NCBI RefSeq assembly: GCF_001194135.2
Contig: NC_068983.1
Location: 7,574,575-7,638,574, forward strand
From: Octopus bimaculoides
Taxonomy: Eukaryota
Direction: 5' to 3'
Length of the DNA: 64,000 bases
The first letter of the stretch is position 1; every line of letters begins with the position of its first letter. A model generated the notes under the pieces. The model saw nothing but the letters and a program-made list of their open reading frames with translations. It made no database searches and was not told the DNA's origin. This document shows positions 1-12,458 of the stretch, piece by piece. A program made the position numbers and the translations under genes.

Positions 1-345
1 TGACTATGATGCTGCTACACCAGTCTTTTCGTAATACGGGTGACTAGGCTATAGCCAACACTGCCATATATTTTGAGCATCTCTGCAGTGATTCCTGATG
101 GGCCGGGGGCTTTCCCGGTCTTCATACTCTTAATTGCTTTATCTACCCTGGTACTATCAACTCGGATAGCTAGTCCCTCTATTGGGTCGACATACGGCAG
201 GCTCTCTTCCTCCCATTCATTCTCTTTATTAAGCAATCTATCATAGTGGCATCTCCAGACCTCTTTCTTTGCATCCTCATTTAGTGCAAGCGTACCATCA
301 TCCATGCGAACACATTTCTCTCCTACGACATCACTATTCTTGTAT
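1..345 (-). mobile_element. RTE-clade LINE fragment (endonuclease-RT linker)
   Basis: KKEVWRCHYDRLLNKENEW...DKAIKSMKTGKAPGPSGITAEMLK, the typical RTE GKAPGPDGI motif; 5'-truncated and running off the window edge. Confidence 0.88.
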
Positions 346-770
346 ATTTGTATATTGCAACAAATATCAAAAACAATAATAATGTTAACTATCAAATTGA
401 AGAAGTAATCTGTTACATCTCTAACTACCAACAGTAGCTAAGTTGCTTCTCACATTATCTGTTATATATGTTTGTATATAATAATCAAGGTAGATAAATC
501 CAATGGCATCAGAGTTATCTCTTTTGGAAGATGGGGGCGAGGACAAACTGCCAATTATATTAATAGATTATTTTTTTAATTTAGTCTTTTTTTTTACAAT
601 AAAAATAAAGAAACAATTAAGTTGGAACCATATAAAAATGGTCAATAAAAGAAAGAAAAAAACAGGAAATTTTGGCAGTTTATGGTAGTGACCAGCACTG
701 CTGGACTGAATAAAAGAGAAATCGAGTATTAGGAAAGAAAGCTAAAGCTACACATGAGTGAGTGTTCTGC

Positions 771-881
771 TCAAGTTTTTTCCTTGTAATGTCTGTACTC
801 GGGCTTCAGTTCCCACATGTTTTTGTGTGGAGCTTTCATGTTGTATGTACAAATCTCTTTCAGAATTTCCTTCAAGTAAAT
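771..881 (-). CDS. GTF2F2: TFIIF beta coding exon 7 (stop)
   Basis: ctccag acceptor; IYLKEILKEICTYNMKAPHKNMWELKPEYRHYKEKT-TGA. Not in the ORF track. Seven exons sum to 762 nt = 253 aa + stop. Confidence 0.95.
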   Translation of the reverse strand: MYLKEILKEICTYNMKAPHKNMWELKPEYRHYKEKT

Positions 882-1582
882 CTGGAGATAAAAGAAAAAA
901 AGGGAAAAACCTGTTAGATCAATAAACATCATTAAGAATGTAAAAGGTAGAAAAGGATCATGGTTATTATTATCATTGTTTTAATATCCACTTATTCATG
1001 CTTCTTGCATGAGCCGAATAGAATTCATTGATGCAGATTTTCCATGGCATGGGTGGATGCCCTTCCTATCACCAACCCTCACCTGTTTCCAAACATGGTA
1101 ATATTTCCCCCGTGTTGAAGACTAGAAATGAAAATCAACACTTATATGACAATGACACTTGTTTTGAACCATCATGTGATGCCAAGAAAAGCAGACACAC
1201 ACACACACACATTGGCATTAGGAAGGGCATCCAGCTGTAGAAAACCATGCCAAATCAGACTGGAGTCCGGTGCAGCCTTCCAGCTTACGAGACCTGGTCA
1301 AACTGTCCAACCCATGCCAGCATGGACAATGGACGTTAAATAATGATGATAATGATATGTATATGTGTGTGTGTGTGTGTGTGTGACGCCGCCGCAGCCG
1401 TTGTTGTTACAAAGGTACCATTAATTCTATTATTATCCAATGTCACTAGTTTAAGGATGATAATAGCAGAATCAACGATACAGGGGACAGCAGGCCAAAA
1501 AATAGCATTTAAAAAGCCGAGGGATTAAAATTAATCAAAGGACATACTAAGTATGTCTACCTGCTTGAAATAACAGTCAAAA

Positions 1583-1718
1583 CTTGTTATTAAATCGCCA
1601 AAAAATACACTGGTGATTACTACAGAAATCAAACGAAGGCAAATTTGGTTAAGACAATCTACTTATATATATTTAAATATTTGGATTCACGTGATTTTTT
1701 TGGCGATTTAATAACGAG
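1583..1718. mobile_element. Small MITE-like inverted repeat
   Basis: cttgttattaaatcgccaaaaaa ... ttttttggcgatttaataacgag (1 mismatch in ~23 bp); TA on the right flank only. Confidence 0.6.
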
Positions 1719-1954
1719 TATAATATCTTTTGTGCAGGGGTTCGTTGAGACATGTAGTTTATTTTAAGGATTACACAAGGGTAAAATGGTTGAAAAACAC
1801 TGCATTAGAGGATAAAAGAAAAGAAAAGTCTATAGGATTTCTCTCTACAGAGATGCCAGACTGCATCTTGTATGTGAAAGTGAGATGCTGCTGAAAGAGA
1901 AACACTGACAAAGAATACAGATGAGAGAAGGAAGAAGACTATAATGTTACGTAC

Positions 1955-2098
1955 AATGGGCTGTTTGGTAATACGGACCAAGTCTTTGACATTGTAGTAC
2001 TGGTGCTGCTCAAATGCATTGAACAGCATATCGGTAACTTCATTCTTCTCCTTACGGATATTCTTGCCTTCACCTTTCTTTCGTTGCTCATGTTCTTT
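1955..2098 (-). CDS. GTF2F2: TFIIF beta coding exon 6 (winged-helix start)
   Basis: ttgcag acceptor; KEHEQRKKGEGK...DMLFNAFEQHQYYNVKDLVRITKQPI; donor gtacgt; 144 nt. Confidence 0.96.
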
Positions 2099-2256
2099 CT
2101 GCAAATGAATAAAATGTTTGACCCAATAATATTATCATTAAAAATTTGACAGGTAAAAGCGAAGAGCTGACTCAGATTGTGCCAACTCATCTCACACATG
2201 TCAGCAAGGAAAGCAAACATAAAAATTATAGATAATTAACACACACACACACACAT

Positions 2257-2459
2257 ATACTCTTTTACTTGTTTCAGTCATTTGACTGCGGCCATGCTAG
2301 AGCACCACCTTTAGTCGAGAAAATCGACCCCAGGACTTATTCTTTGTAAGCCTAGTACTTATTCTATCGGTCTCTTTTTGCCGAACCGCTAAGTTACAGG
2401 GATGTAAACACACCATCATCGGTTGTCAAGCGATGGTGGGGGGACAAACACAAACACAG

Positions 2460-2512
<53 letters not shown>

Positions 2513-2696
2513 TACACATATACATATATACAACGGGCTTCTTTTAGTTTCCGTCTACCAAATCCACCCACAAGGCTTTGGTCGGCCCGAGGCTATAGTA
2601 GAAGACACTTGCCCAAGGTGCCATGCAGTGGGACTGAACCCGGAACCATGTGGTTGGTAAGCAAGCTACTTACCACACAGCCACTCCTGCGCCTAT
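2257..2696 (-). mobile_element. tRNA-derived SINE family A, full length
   Basis: Head GGAGTGGCTGTGTGGTAAGTAGCTTGC...GGTTCAGTCCCA with A/B boxes, conserved central domain (CCAAAGCCTTGTGAGTGGATTTGGTAGACGGAAACTG), internal (TA/TG)n, tail ...CAAGTAAAAGAG; many copies in the window. Confidence 0.9.
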
Positions 2697-3837
2697 AATC
2701 ATTTGTACTCTCTTACCATCATTATAATCATCATAATCTCTCTCAATGTGCATGCATGTGTAAATTTGCATGCATATGTGTATCCACCATGTTAAAAAGG
2801 ACTGATTAGCCAGGCTACCTACCAAGAACAATGGCCAAAATCCATTCAAACAACATAAATTACAAGCTCAAAAGAGAAGGAGATGTATAGAAAGACAGGA
2901 TGATTATACGGCTTTCATCATAAAGTTTTTGCAATCAGACACAACCCTGGCCAAACAGCAACAACTGCCCTTCCTAATACCAACGACTCCCAGAGTGTAA
3001 TGGGTGCTTTTTACGTGCTACCGACACAGGTGCCATTGACACAACACCAGCAACAGCCACAGCTAAGATTTCACGGGTTCCATTTACATGTTTGTATATA
3101 ATAATCAAGGTAGATAAATTCAATGACATCAGAGTTATCTCTTTTGGAAGATGGGGGCGAGGACAAACAGAGAGATATGAAAGACACACTGCCAATTATA
3201 TTAATTGGCTTGATCAGTCTCCTGAAGCACAGCATATCGCCATGGTCTCGGTCACTTGTCAGCACCTCCGTGAGGCCCAACATTCAAACATCATGCTACC
3301 GGCAACAGCCACAATTACGATTTCACGGGTGCCCTTTGCAGAGATTATTGAATCAAACTCTCTACAGCCAGCAGCTCTTCTTGTCACCGACCCTCACCTA
3401 ATCCCAAGTAAGACAATATTTTCCCATGACGAGACACGTTCATGGAGAATACTAGAAATGAACGATCCCACTTGTATGACAGTGACAATCATATAACAAC
3501 CACTACACGATATCAAGACAAGGAGATGCAAACATACATACACACTCACACACACACAAACACACATACATACACATATGACAGGCCTCTTTCATATTCT
3601 GTCTACCAAATACACTTGTCCAAGGTGCCTTGCAGAGGGACTGAACTCACAACCGTGTGGATGGGAAGTAAACTATCTACTACATACATTTGTGCATGTG
3701 TGTGTGTGTGTGCATATGCGTGCATATATATATCTATAAATATATGTGTATGTGTGTGTGTGTGTGCATATGCGTGTATATATATCAATAAATATGTGTG
3801 TGTGTGTATGTGCATATGTGTGTATATATATCTATAA

Positions 3838-3889
<52 letters not shown>

Positions 3890-4062
3890 TGTATTATATA
3901 TTGTAGATGAATTGATTTCAAATTCGGCATCCTTAACCATCTGCTGTAACATACTAACACCTGTGCCTTTAGGCAAGTTAATACAAAGGAGAATATCAAA
4001 TATTCTAGCAAAGTTTTTACGGCCAACTGTCGCTCTACATATATGGTGGTAGCACAGAGATG

Positions 4063-4094
<32 letters not shown>

Positions 4095-4648
4095 CATAGA
4101 TTGAATATTAATACAGTAGAATTGTTAGCAAAGTATTTTGTCCAACTTTACATTCATCATCATCATCATCATTTAGTGTCCGTTGTCCATGCTGGTATGG
4201 GTTGGACGGTTTGACTGGGCTGGCACACTGGAAGGCTGCGCCAGACTCCATTCTGATTTGGCATGGTTTTCTACGGCTGGATGCCCTTCCTAACACCAAT
4301 CACTCCGAGAGTGTAATGGGTGCTTTTGTAAAACAAAAAAAAAACCAATCTAAATGAGCCAATGAGAGGAATTTTTATATGATCGCAAAATCAGCTAGAA
4401 ATAGGAGTCAAATCTAATCTGAGAGATGCTGTGAAGGTGATAGTTGTGGCCACACTTTGAGGACTAAAACATCAATCCTTTTTTTAAAAATGCCCTTGAA
4501 ACTGCAATCATGTTTAAGGGAGGACACATTAGATAATGTACCCCTAGATACCCTGTCTGAACAAATTGAATGGCAAAAGGACGAGAGTCATCTGCAGGCA
4601 AGTTTGCTTGATTAGACAATTACTTTGCTGGTGTTTATTTAATATGGT

Positions 4649-4861
4649 TTCAAATTTTGGCACAAGACCAATAATTTCGGGGGGAGGGGGCAAGTCGATT
4701 AAATTGACACCAGTGTTCAACTGGTACTTATTTTATCCACCCCAAAAGGATGAAAGGTAAAGTTGACCTTGGAGGAATCTGAACTCAGAATGTAAAAGTC
4801 AGGTGAAATGCAACTAAATATTTTGTCCAATGCGTTAACGATTCTGCCAGCTCGCTGCCTT
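4649..4861 (-). mobile_element. CORE-type tRNA SINE (family C)
   Basis: Head GGCGAGCTGGCAGAATCGTTAGC...GAGTTCAAATTCC and core GCCTTTCATCCTTTCGGGGTCGATAAA-AAGTACCAG. Other copies near 26040-26250, 32500-32735, 37785-37990, 41480-41750, 55110-55340, 60965-61130. Confidence 0.82.
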
Positions 4862-5651
4862 ATATTTGATTAATTTGCCAGCAGAAACGAAGCAGTTGAT
4901 ACATAAGCCAAGACATAACTGTGTGGTTAAGAAACTTGCTTTGCAAGCATGTAGTTTTAAGTTCAATCCCACTGTGCAGCACCTTGGGTATGTTTCTTCT
5001 ACTATAACCCCAGGCTGACCAATAAATTGAGTTGAGAATCAGACTTCTTCTCCAACAGCGATACTTGCACTTACACGTGTGTGTGTGTGTGTGTGTGTAT
5101 GTCATTCCCCCCCCCCTCCTTACTGCTTGACAAATGGTGTTAGTTTGTTTACTTCCGCATAACTTAGTCGTTCAGAAGAAGAAATTAAATCAATAAGAAC
5201 CAGACTTGAAAGAAAAATAAAGATGTGCCGGGATTGATTTGTTCAACTGAAACCTTTTGAGATTGTGCCTCAGTAGGGCCACAATCCAATGACAAAGAAG
5301 CAAATGAGAAAGATAAGTTGCAGTGTGCCTCACAGACACAAGAAACTGAGAAATGGCTCATGTCTATGACAGAATGGAAGATTACTAAAGGTTTTGTCTA
5401 CAGAGCAATTAGAGTTCAGAACAGCTAAGTCAGTGAAAACACTCATCAATTATAGAGTGTTCCAGCTTACAGCAGTGTAGTTGTATCTTTCTACTGTAGC
5501 AGTCTACATTGAGCAGAACAAGCCAACAACATAACCTCTATATGGTTACTTGACTTGTAAGAAATACCAGCTAAGTCTCTTTGAAATCTCTATCTCTACC
5601 ATATTTTCCTAAAATAGAAAGAATCAGTGGACAATGTAGTTCTGAATATAC

Positions 5652-5990
5652 ATCATCATCATCATCGTCGTTTAATGTCCGCTTTCTAAGCTAGCATGGG
5701 TTGGGCGATTTGACTGAGGACTGGCGAACCAGATGGCTACACCAGGCTCCAATCTGATTTGGCAGAGTTTCTACAGCTGGATGCCCTTCCTAACGCCAAC
5801 CACTCTGAGAATGTAGTGGGTGATTTTACGTGCCACCGGCACAAAGGCCAGTCAGGCGGTACTGGCAACGGCCACGCTCAAAATGGTGTATCTTACGTGC
5901 CACCTGCACAGGAGCCAGTCCAGCAACACTGGCAACGATCTCACTCAAATGTCTTTTCACGTGCCAAGAGGATGACGCTGGTGACGATCA
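5652..5990 (-). mobile_element. RTE-type 3' tail element (family B) with (GAT)n tail and internal subrepeats
   Basis: GTTGGCGTTAGGAAGGGCATCCAGCTGTAGAAAC...CATGGAAAGCGGACGTTAAACGATGATG. Other copies near 1200-1345(+), 4150-4325(-), 11750-11950(+), 18165-18350(-), 19495-19650(-), 25670-25790(+), 30945-31330(-), 36255-36500(-), 37075-37292(-), 38915-39212(-), 63620-63770(+). Confidence 0.85.
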
Positions 5991-6223
5991 CACTGTCATC
6001 ATTAATCTTTTATTGTTTGCTTTTTCCATACTCATTTGGGTTGGATGGAATTTATCGAGGCAAATTTTTTATGGCTGGATGCCCTTCCAGTTGTCAACCC
6101 TCACCTGTTTCCAAAAAGGACAATATTTCCCCATAACCAGAAAATAGCAAATAAAGGACATGACCTGCATAACTGTGACACTCATTTACAACCATTACGC
6201 AATGTCAAAGCAAGGAGATGGTA

Positions 6224-6254
<31 letters not shown>

Positions 6255-7210
6255 CGACAGTATTCTTACAGTTTCCGTCTACCAAATCCACACACAAGGC
6301 TTTGGTCAGCCCAGTAAAAGGCACTTGACCAAAGTGCCACACAGTGGGACTGAACCCGAAACCATATGGTTTGGAAGCAAACTTCTTACCACACGGCCAA
6401 GCCAAATACAATACAAACAGACAGGAGGGTCATGGCTGAAATGCCTTGATCATAAGCCTGTTAGATCAATCAGAGTTGACCTCGAGGCCTGTCAACATCA
6501 ACAACATATATCAGAAGTGGATTATTTCTTTGACAGTTAAGGTGTCTTTGTCAAGATGACTGTGCAGTACCAATGACATGCAACTTACCTACAAGCTGTC
6601 GATTCTTTTAGCTGCTAGACTGACATCTCAAACTGACAGCTGCAGATGTTTTATAGATGAGATGAATTATTTGCTGCCACCCACAAACTCAAAACACACA
6701 AATACATCTGCATACATATGCACACACATAACTATAAAATCTTCACACAACCGTAAACCATACAAATTTCATTCAACTTGTCTACACTTAAAACAAACAA
6801 CAACTGAGCTTAACTTGGCAATGTTTTGTGAGGTGACGGTACTGGGTTACTAACTACATGGATATAAGGTTTAAAATCTTATTCCAGCATTTGCTTTGTT
6901 GCATCCGAGAAATGCACACGAATAAGACAGCTTGTACAGATTAATTAAAATTAAAAAAATTCTTTAAAACACAGAAAAGAAAAACAGGTTCTGCTACTAC
7001 TTCAAGGTTGGCTAGTTCACACAGCAGGAAGGAAGGGCATCCAACTGTAGAAACAAAGGGTTTAAAACAAACAAATAAATAGAAAAAAAGACAATAAAAC
7101 TCCACCCATGCAAGTGTGACAAAAAAACAAACAAAAAAAAACAAATAAAATTTTCTTAAACCCACAAAATCTAAAAGAAAAAAAAAACAACAATAAAATA
7201 AGTTTCTTAC

Positions 7211-7307
7211 CATGAATAAGTGCTCCTTTACCGGTTTATAGTTGTTAACCACCATATCCAGCTGTTTCACTTGACGTGCTGGTTTATTCTTTGATACAAG
7301 CTGTAAA
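7211..7307 (-). CDS. GTF2F2: TFIIF beta coding exon 5
   Basis: aaacag acceptor; LQLVSKNKPARQVKQLDMVVNNYKPVKEHLFM; donor gtaaga; 97 nt. Confidence 0.92.
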
Positions 7308-7593
7308 CTGTTTTAACAGAAACATTTTATTCTAGTTTCCTTCATGTGTACAAAAGTGAACAAAGATAAAGTTAATAGGGGAAATGTTTTGTCTTCAGTC
7401 TATAATACCTGTCACGTTTTAAATTCCTCGGAAAGACGGTCAAGCAAATTACAGCCTGTGTAACTTCACTTCAATCTCTCTTTAAAACTGCAGTCTGCAG
7501 TTATGCTCAAACAACTTTCCTTTATGTAAAATATGTTGTCAAAAGTTTTAGTGTGTATTAATTTAAACTCATGGGACTGTCTTAGTTAATTAT

Positions 7594-7980
7594 GAAGCAG
7601 GAATGGGTGTGTGGTAAGTAGCTTGCTTACCAACCACATGGTTCTGGGTTCATTCCCACTGCGTCGCACCTTGGGCAAGTGTCTTCTACTATAGCCTCGG
7701 GCTGACCAAAGCCTTGTGAGTGGATTTGGTAGACGGAAACTGAAAGAAGCCCTTCGTATATATATGTATGTATATATATATATTTGTGTGTGTATGTTTG
7801 TCCCCCAACATCGCTTGACAACCAATGGTGGTGTGTTTACGTGCCTGTAACTTAGCGGTTTGGCAAAAGGGATCGATAGAATAATTACTAGGCTTCCATA
7901 GAATAAGTCCAGGGATCGATTTGCTCGACTAAAGGCGGTGCTCCAGCATGGCCGCAGTCAAATGAAACAAGCAAAAGAGC
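7594..7980 (+). mobile_element. SINE family A, full length
   Basis: Same head, central domain and tail as 2257-2696. Confidence 0.9.
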
Positions 7981-8120
7981 AAAGTTGACAACTTATGACC
8001 AGGCATATATTCTTTAAGGATGCAATGAGGTGTTGTGGCATTCATGTCTACTCCAAAAATATTAACCATACAAAAATGACTTTAAAATAGAAAATAAAAA
8101 TACAAAGCTTGCTTCTTTAT

Positions 8121-8405
8121 TTCAACTTGACCAAAGATAATCCCTTGCTCTAATCTCAACCTGATTCAAAGCTTATCTTTTGCACTAATCTCAACTTGAT
8201 CAAAGCTTATCTTTTGCACTAATCTCAACTTGATCAAAGCTTATCTTTTGCATTAATCTCAACTTGATCAAAACTTTTCTCATGCTTCAATCTCAACTTG
8301 ATCAAAGCTAGTCTCTTCCTCTGGTCTTAACTTGATCAAAGTTTGCTCTGCTGCCACCTTGTTCAAAGCTTGGCTCAGGCTCTAATCTTGGCATGTTACA
8401 AGCTT
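8121..8405. repeat. 34-bp minisatellite, ~8 units
   Basis: Unit taatctcaacttgatcaaagcttatcttttgcac; central units near-identical, edges decayed. Confidence 0.92.
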
Positions 8406-8980
8406 TTTCATTGAATAGAACCTAATGAGGTCGTAGGGTGAATCAGATTGTAGGGTGAAAGTACTAGACTATTAATCACAAAGTAGTCATGGATTCAAAT
8501 TTCACTACAGTCATCTTATTACTATTGCTGTTGAGATGAAGTAGTAAAGATGATGATTTGGTAAAGTTTCAGATTAAATATTCAACACAATAAAATCTAA
8601 AAGAACATTATAGAATTCTGTACTGAATCATGTATGCAATGAAACCCTAAATCGATTAAAATTCCCCTCTTAGTTGCAGAAAGAGAATAAAGATCAAGTA
8701 GTTAATTGTGAGTGATACTCAAAGTAGAAGGGAGAAAATTTCAAGACGTTGAGAATTAAATTAACAAAATTAATTAGAGGAAAAAATCTGATATTTGAGA
8801 ACTGAAAATTTTTGCATGCATCTTCAAAACATAATCTCTTAGCTTCATCTCATGGGATATGGCATATCACCATTTCTCTTGAATAACATCTGAAAAAGTC
8901 ACATTCAATTTTTCTGTTCCTCCCCACTATGACTCAATGTCTCTTCACAGGATGAAATAGATATTGAACCTGGAACCAAC

Positions 8981-9062
8981 CGTTTCAGTTTCATGTATGT
9001 ATCATTGGCAACAGGTCGGCATTCTGCACGTTGGATCACTTTGCCCTCGATTGCAAGTTTGT
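8981..9062 (-). CDS. GTF2F2: TFIIF beta coding exon 4
   Basis: tttcag acceptor; (D)KLAIEGKVIQRAECRPVANDTYMKLK(R); donor gttggt; 82 nt. Confidence 0.95.
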
Positions 9063-10110
9063 CTGAAAGTAAAGAAATGAAACAAAAGATATTCATATAG
9101 AACTTCTACAAATCAACCAAATTCCCTCTACAAATACAACAATAAGCCCTTACTCATCATCATCATCATCATCATCATATTATTATTACTTTAACATCCA
9201 CTTTTCCATGCCTGAATGGGTCAGGTGGAGTTTATCAAGGCAGACTTTGTACGGCTGGATGCCCTTCCTGTTGCCAACTTTCAACTGTTTCCAAATAAAT
9301 TAACATTTCTTCATGACCAGACATGTTTTCACAGAACACTGCTTGTATGTCAGTGGCACTCATTTACAACAATCATGCAATGTAAAGACAAAGAGATACA
9401 ACACGCACACACATATGATAGGCTTCTTTCAGTTTTCATCTACCAAATCCACTTTCAAGGCTTTGGTTGGCCTAGGGCTATAGGAGATGACACTTGCTCA
9501 AAGTGCCATACATGTGGTCGAAATGTGGTCGAGAAGAACTTCTTAATCACACACCTATACCTGCGCCTTCAGAAAATATTAGAATTTGTTGGCAATGGTT
9601 GGTTTCCGACTGAACTTAGCAATCATGTCCAATTAGCTGATGCCAAAGGAGAGCATACAGAAATAGCAATTAAACCTCGCACTTTTGCTTTAAAAACAAA
9701 ACGATGGAAACATTGGATAATATATTCCCACATATAACATGTCTGAAAAAAAATTAAAGATACAATGGTCACTACTGGAGTGACTTTGTGGACAGGTCTG
9801 CTTAATCAGAGATGACCCCTAAAACTGAACAACAACAACAACAATTTGCCCTTTTGATCATACTACTCAATACCCTATTATTTTTCTAACACATCAAGTT
9901 CCACTGTGCAGCACCTTCTATCACAGCCCCTGGATTCAGTAGACAGGAATTGAAAGATCAACCTCCATTACTACACCAAACAATCTCTCATCATGCACCA
10001 CGTTTACCCCCACCCTGCTGTTCCTGCAGCCTACCTGACCTTGTCATCTCTCCCACTAATTCCTCTCCCTATCAACTAATTTCATCATTACTGTCATGCC
10101 ACTTCCCCGA

Positions 10111-10379
10111 CTCTCTTTTGCATCCCTCTATCTTTCCCGACTCTCTTCTGCATCCCTCTATCTTCCCAGACTCTTCTGCATCCCTCTATCTTCCCCGACT
10201 CTCTTTTGCATCCCTCTATCTTCCCCGACTCTCTTCTGCATCCCTCTATCTTCCCAGACTCTCTTCTGCATCCCTCTATCTTCCCCGACTCTCTTTTGCA
10301 TCCCTCTATCTTCCCTGACTCTCTTCTGCATCCCTCTATCTTCCCCGACTCTCTTCTGCATAACCTCTATCTTCCCCAA
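10111..10379. repeat. 30-bp minisatellite, 9 units
   Basis: Unit ctctcttctgcatccctctatcttccccga. Confidence 0.95.
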
Positions 10380-10856
10380 CTCATGACTCATCACCCTTCA
10401 ACATTACCTAATTTTTATAGTTGCAGGCTGCCTCTCCAACCTCATGCAATCTTGCAACCCCACCCCCACCCAATTCTCTTCACCCCATGCCTTGAGGGGC
10501 CAGTTGGACATCTCATTGCCACTATCCCTTTACAGCTCTTACTCATCATTCTGTCCTTTCCCAAATAAATGTGAAAAGCCATACAACTCTTCTACAAGAA
10601 CCTGCTCTTCCACCTCCTCTCATACTTTAAACCCCGTCATGATCATCATCATTTACTGCCCATTCTCCATGCTGGCATGGGTTAGACGGCAAGCCAGAGG
10701 GCTATGCCAAAATCCAAATTCATAGATGGGGTTGTTGCATTAGAAACCATGCCAAAACAGAATTTGTAGTCTTGCAAACTACATAGCAACCACTATAGAA
10801 CTGGAGGCATAAATAAAGCACCCAACACAAGTTGTAAAGTGGTTAGCATTAGGAAG

Positions 10857-11372
10857 GCTTTATTGAGCTCATGGCAAACAGTTTTGGTCGAAACTGGACT
10901 AGTCAGATGTTGATTAAACTCTGCAGTCACTTTAGGAGCAGTTGTCCTGTGATTTTTTCATCACAATGCAATTCAAAACTCGTCAGTCTCTTTCCATGAG
11001 CTTCGAAGTCCTGCCGGACTTACACCTCGTGCTGGAGGTTTTGCCCTGCTTCTCAAATTCAGACATGGTCCTTGATATGGTAGCTCTCAAAGTACAAGGA
11101 GCTCAGCTGTTCTGGTGACAGAAGCTTCTGTCATTCAAGCTCCTACTATTTGCCCTTTTTCGAACCCAGTGATGTTACACATCTAAGTTTAATTCATACT
11201 ACGATCTGAACAAGAGATAGAAATAATCATTAACTTAGATAAATAAAACTATCTACAATACAAAAAAAAAAAAATAATAATAATAATTAAATTTGGATGG
11301 ATATTCGTAATATAATGGCTCATTGAAATATTGGAGTTAAATTTCTACTGTTCCAATTATTTTGTCCACCCC

Positions 11373-11375
<3 letters not shown>
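10857..11375 (-). mobile_element. Tc1/mariner remnant (5' TIR plus disrupted transposase N-terminus)
   Basis: TA|CAGGGGGTGGACAAAATAATTGGAACAGT TIR; MCNITGFEKGQIVGA*MTEASVTRTAELL/LRATISRTMSEFEKQGKTSS...SGRTSKL...TTAPKVTAEFNQHLTSPVSTKTVCHELNK with stops and frameshifts. Confidence 0.9.
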
Positions 11376-11420
<45 letters not shown>

Positions 11421-12458
11421 TGAGGGATCTTCAATCCAGGCAAAATACTTTATAAACTCCCTATTAGTACACCAGGCTAACAATATTGTTTAGATTAGTA
11501 AAGAACTCTGCATATTCTTGTGGTAGGGTCCAAGGTTATGGTTCATCACCATTCTATATTGTAAATCCATGGATGGGCTCCAGTCAAACTGGTTTTTACA
11601 CAGAGTGGTATTCAAGACAAAGTATAAATAATGGTCATTACATACTTTTCTTAACTGTATATATGTGCATGTGTGTTTATCATCTGGCACAAAACCACCT
11701 CCCTCATTCACTCAAGGGGTCTTGCCTTGTAAATTATTTAATGATTTCACTGCTGCTGCTGGTGCCACATAAAAAGTACCCAGGACACTCCGTAAAATGG
11801 TTGGCATTAGAAAGGGCATCCAGCCGTAAAAAGCATGCCAGGCAGAGAGCAGAGCTTGGCACAGTCTTCAGACTTACCAACACATGTCCCGTCAAACTGT
11901 CCAACCCACGGCATCATGGAAAACAGATTGATGATGATGATGATGATGATGATGGTATATATTTTGACAAGCTTCCTGCAATTTCAGTCTACAAGGCATT
12001 GATCAGTATGGAGCCAGCCACAGAGGAAGACACTTAACCAAGGTACCATGCAGTGGGATGATACCAAAAACCAAGTAGCTGCAACCACACAGGCATGCCT
12101 ACACCACTATACACACACACACATATAAGCTTCATTCAAAAGGTCTAATAAGGCAGAAACGTAGCCAATGTTTTCACCAGTTGGTTTTAAAGACCAGATC
12201 CACTCCAATCTCTGCTACCCAAAAATTTCATTTGATTGATATTGGAGTTGTCTCTCTTGTTTGTTGCTTTTAGAGAGGAAGGTTTTCCCAATAAATTGTA
12301 TAGATAATTTTGGTTAACTGGATCTTTCTTCTAGTGAAACCGTCCCACCCATGCTAGCATGGACGGCAGACGTTAAATGATGATGATGATGATGATGATG
12401 AGCTTTCATTCACAATATTTATATGAAATCCTAGGAGTGGCTGTGTGGTAAGTAATTA

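Noticed and set aside
2600-2696. tRNA genes at SINE heads (families A, C, D, E)
   Set aside because: A/B boxes are present but there is no complete cloverleaf or acceptor stem, and each continues into SINE body sequence
8121-8405. CRISPR-like appearance (conserved palindromic repeat with variable spacers)
   Set aside because: The spacers are only ~13 nt and homologous to each other, the locus is a eukaryotic intron, and there are no cas genes; it is a decaying minisatellite
8550-8626. C/D-box snoRNA candidate (ATGATGA...CTGA)
   Set aside because: No terminal stem, no recognisable rRNA guide, and antisense to the host gene
11486-12037. 183-aa ORF as a nested gene in GTF2F2 intron 3
   Set aside because: Starts at TTG, the second half is RTE-tail and (GAT)n sequence, and no domain is recognisable
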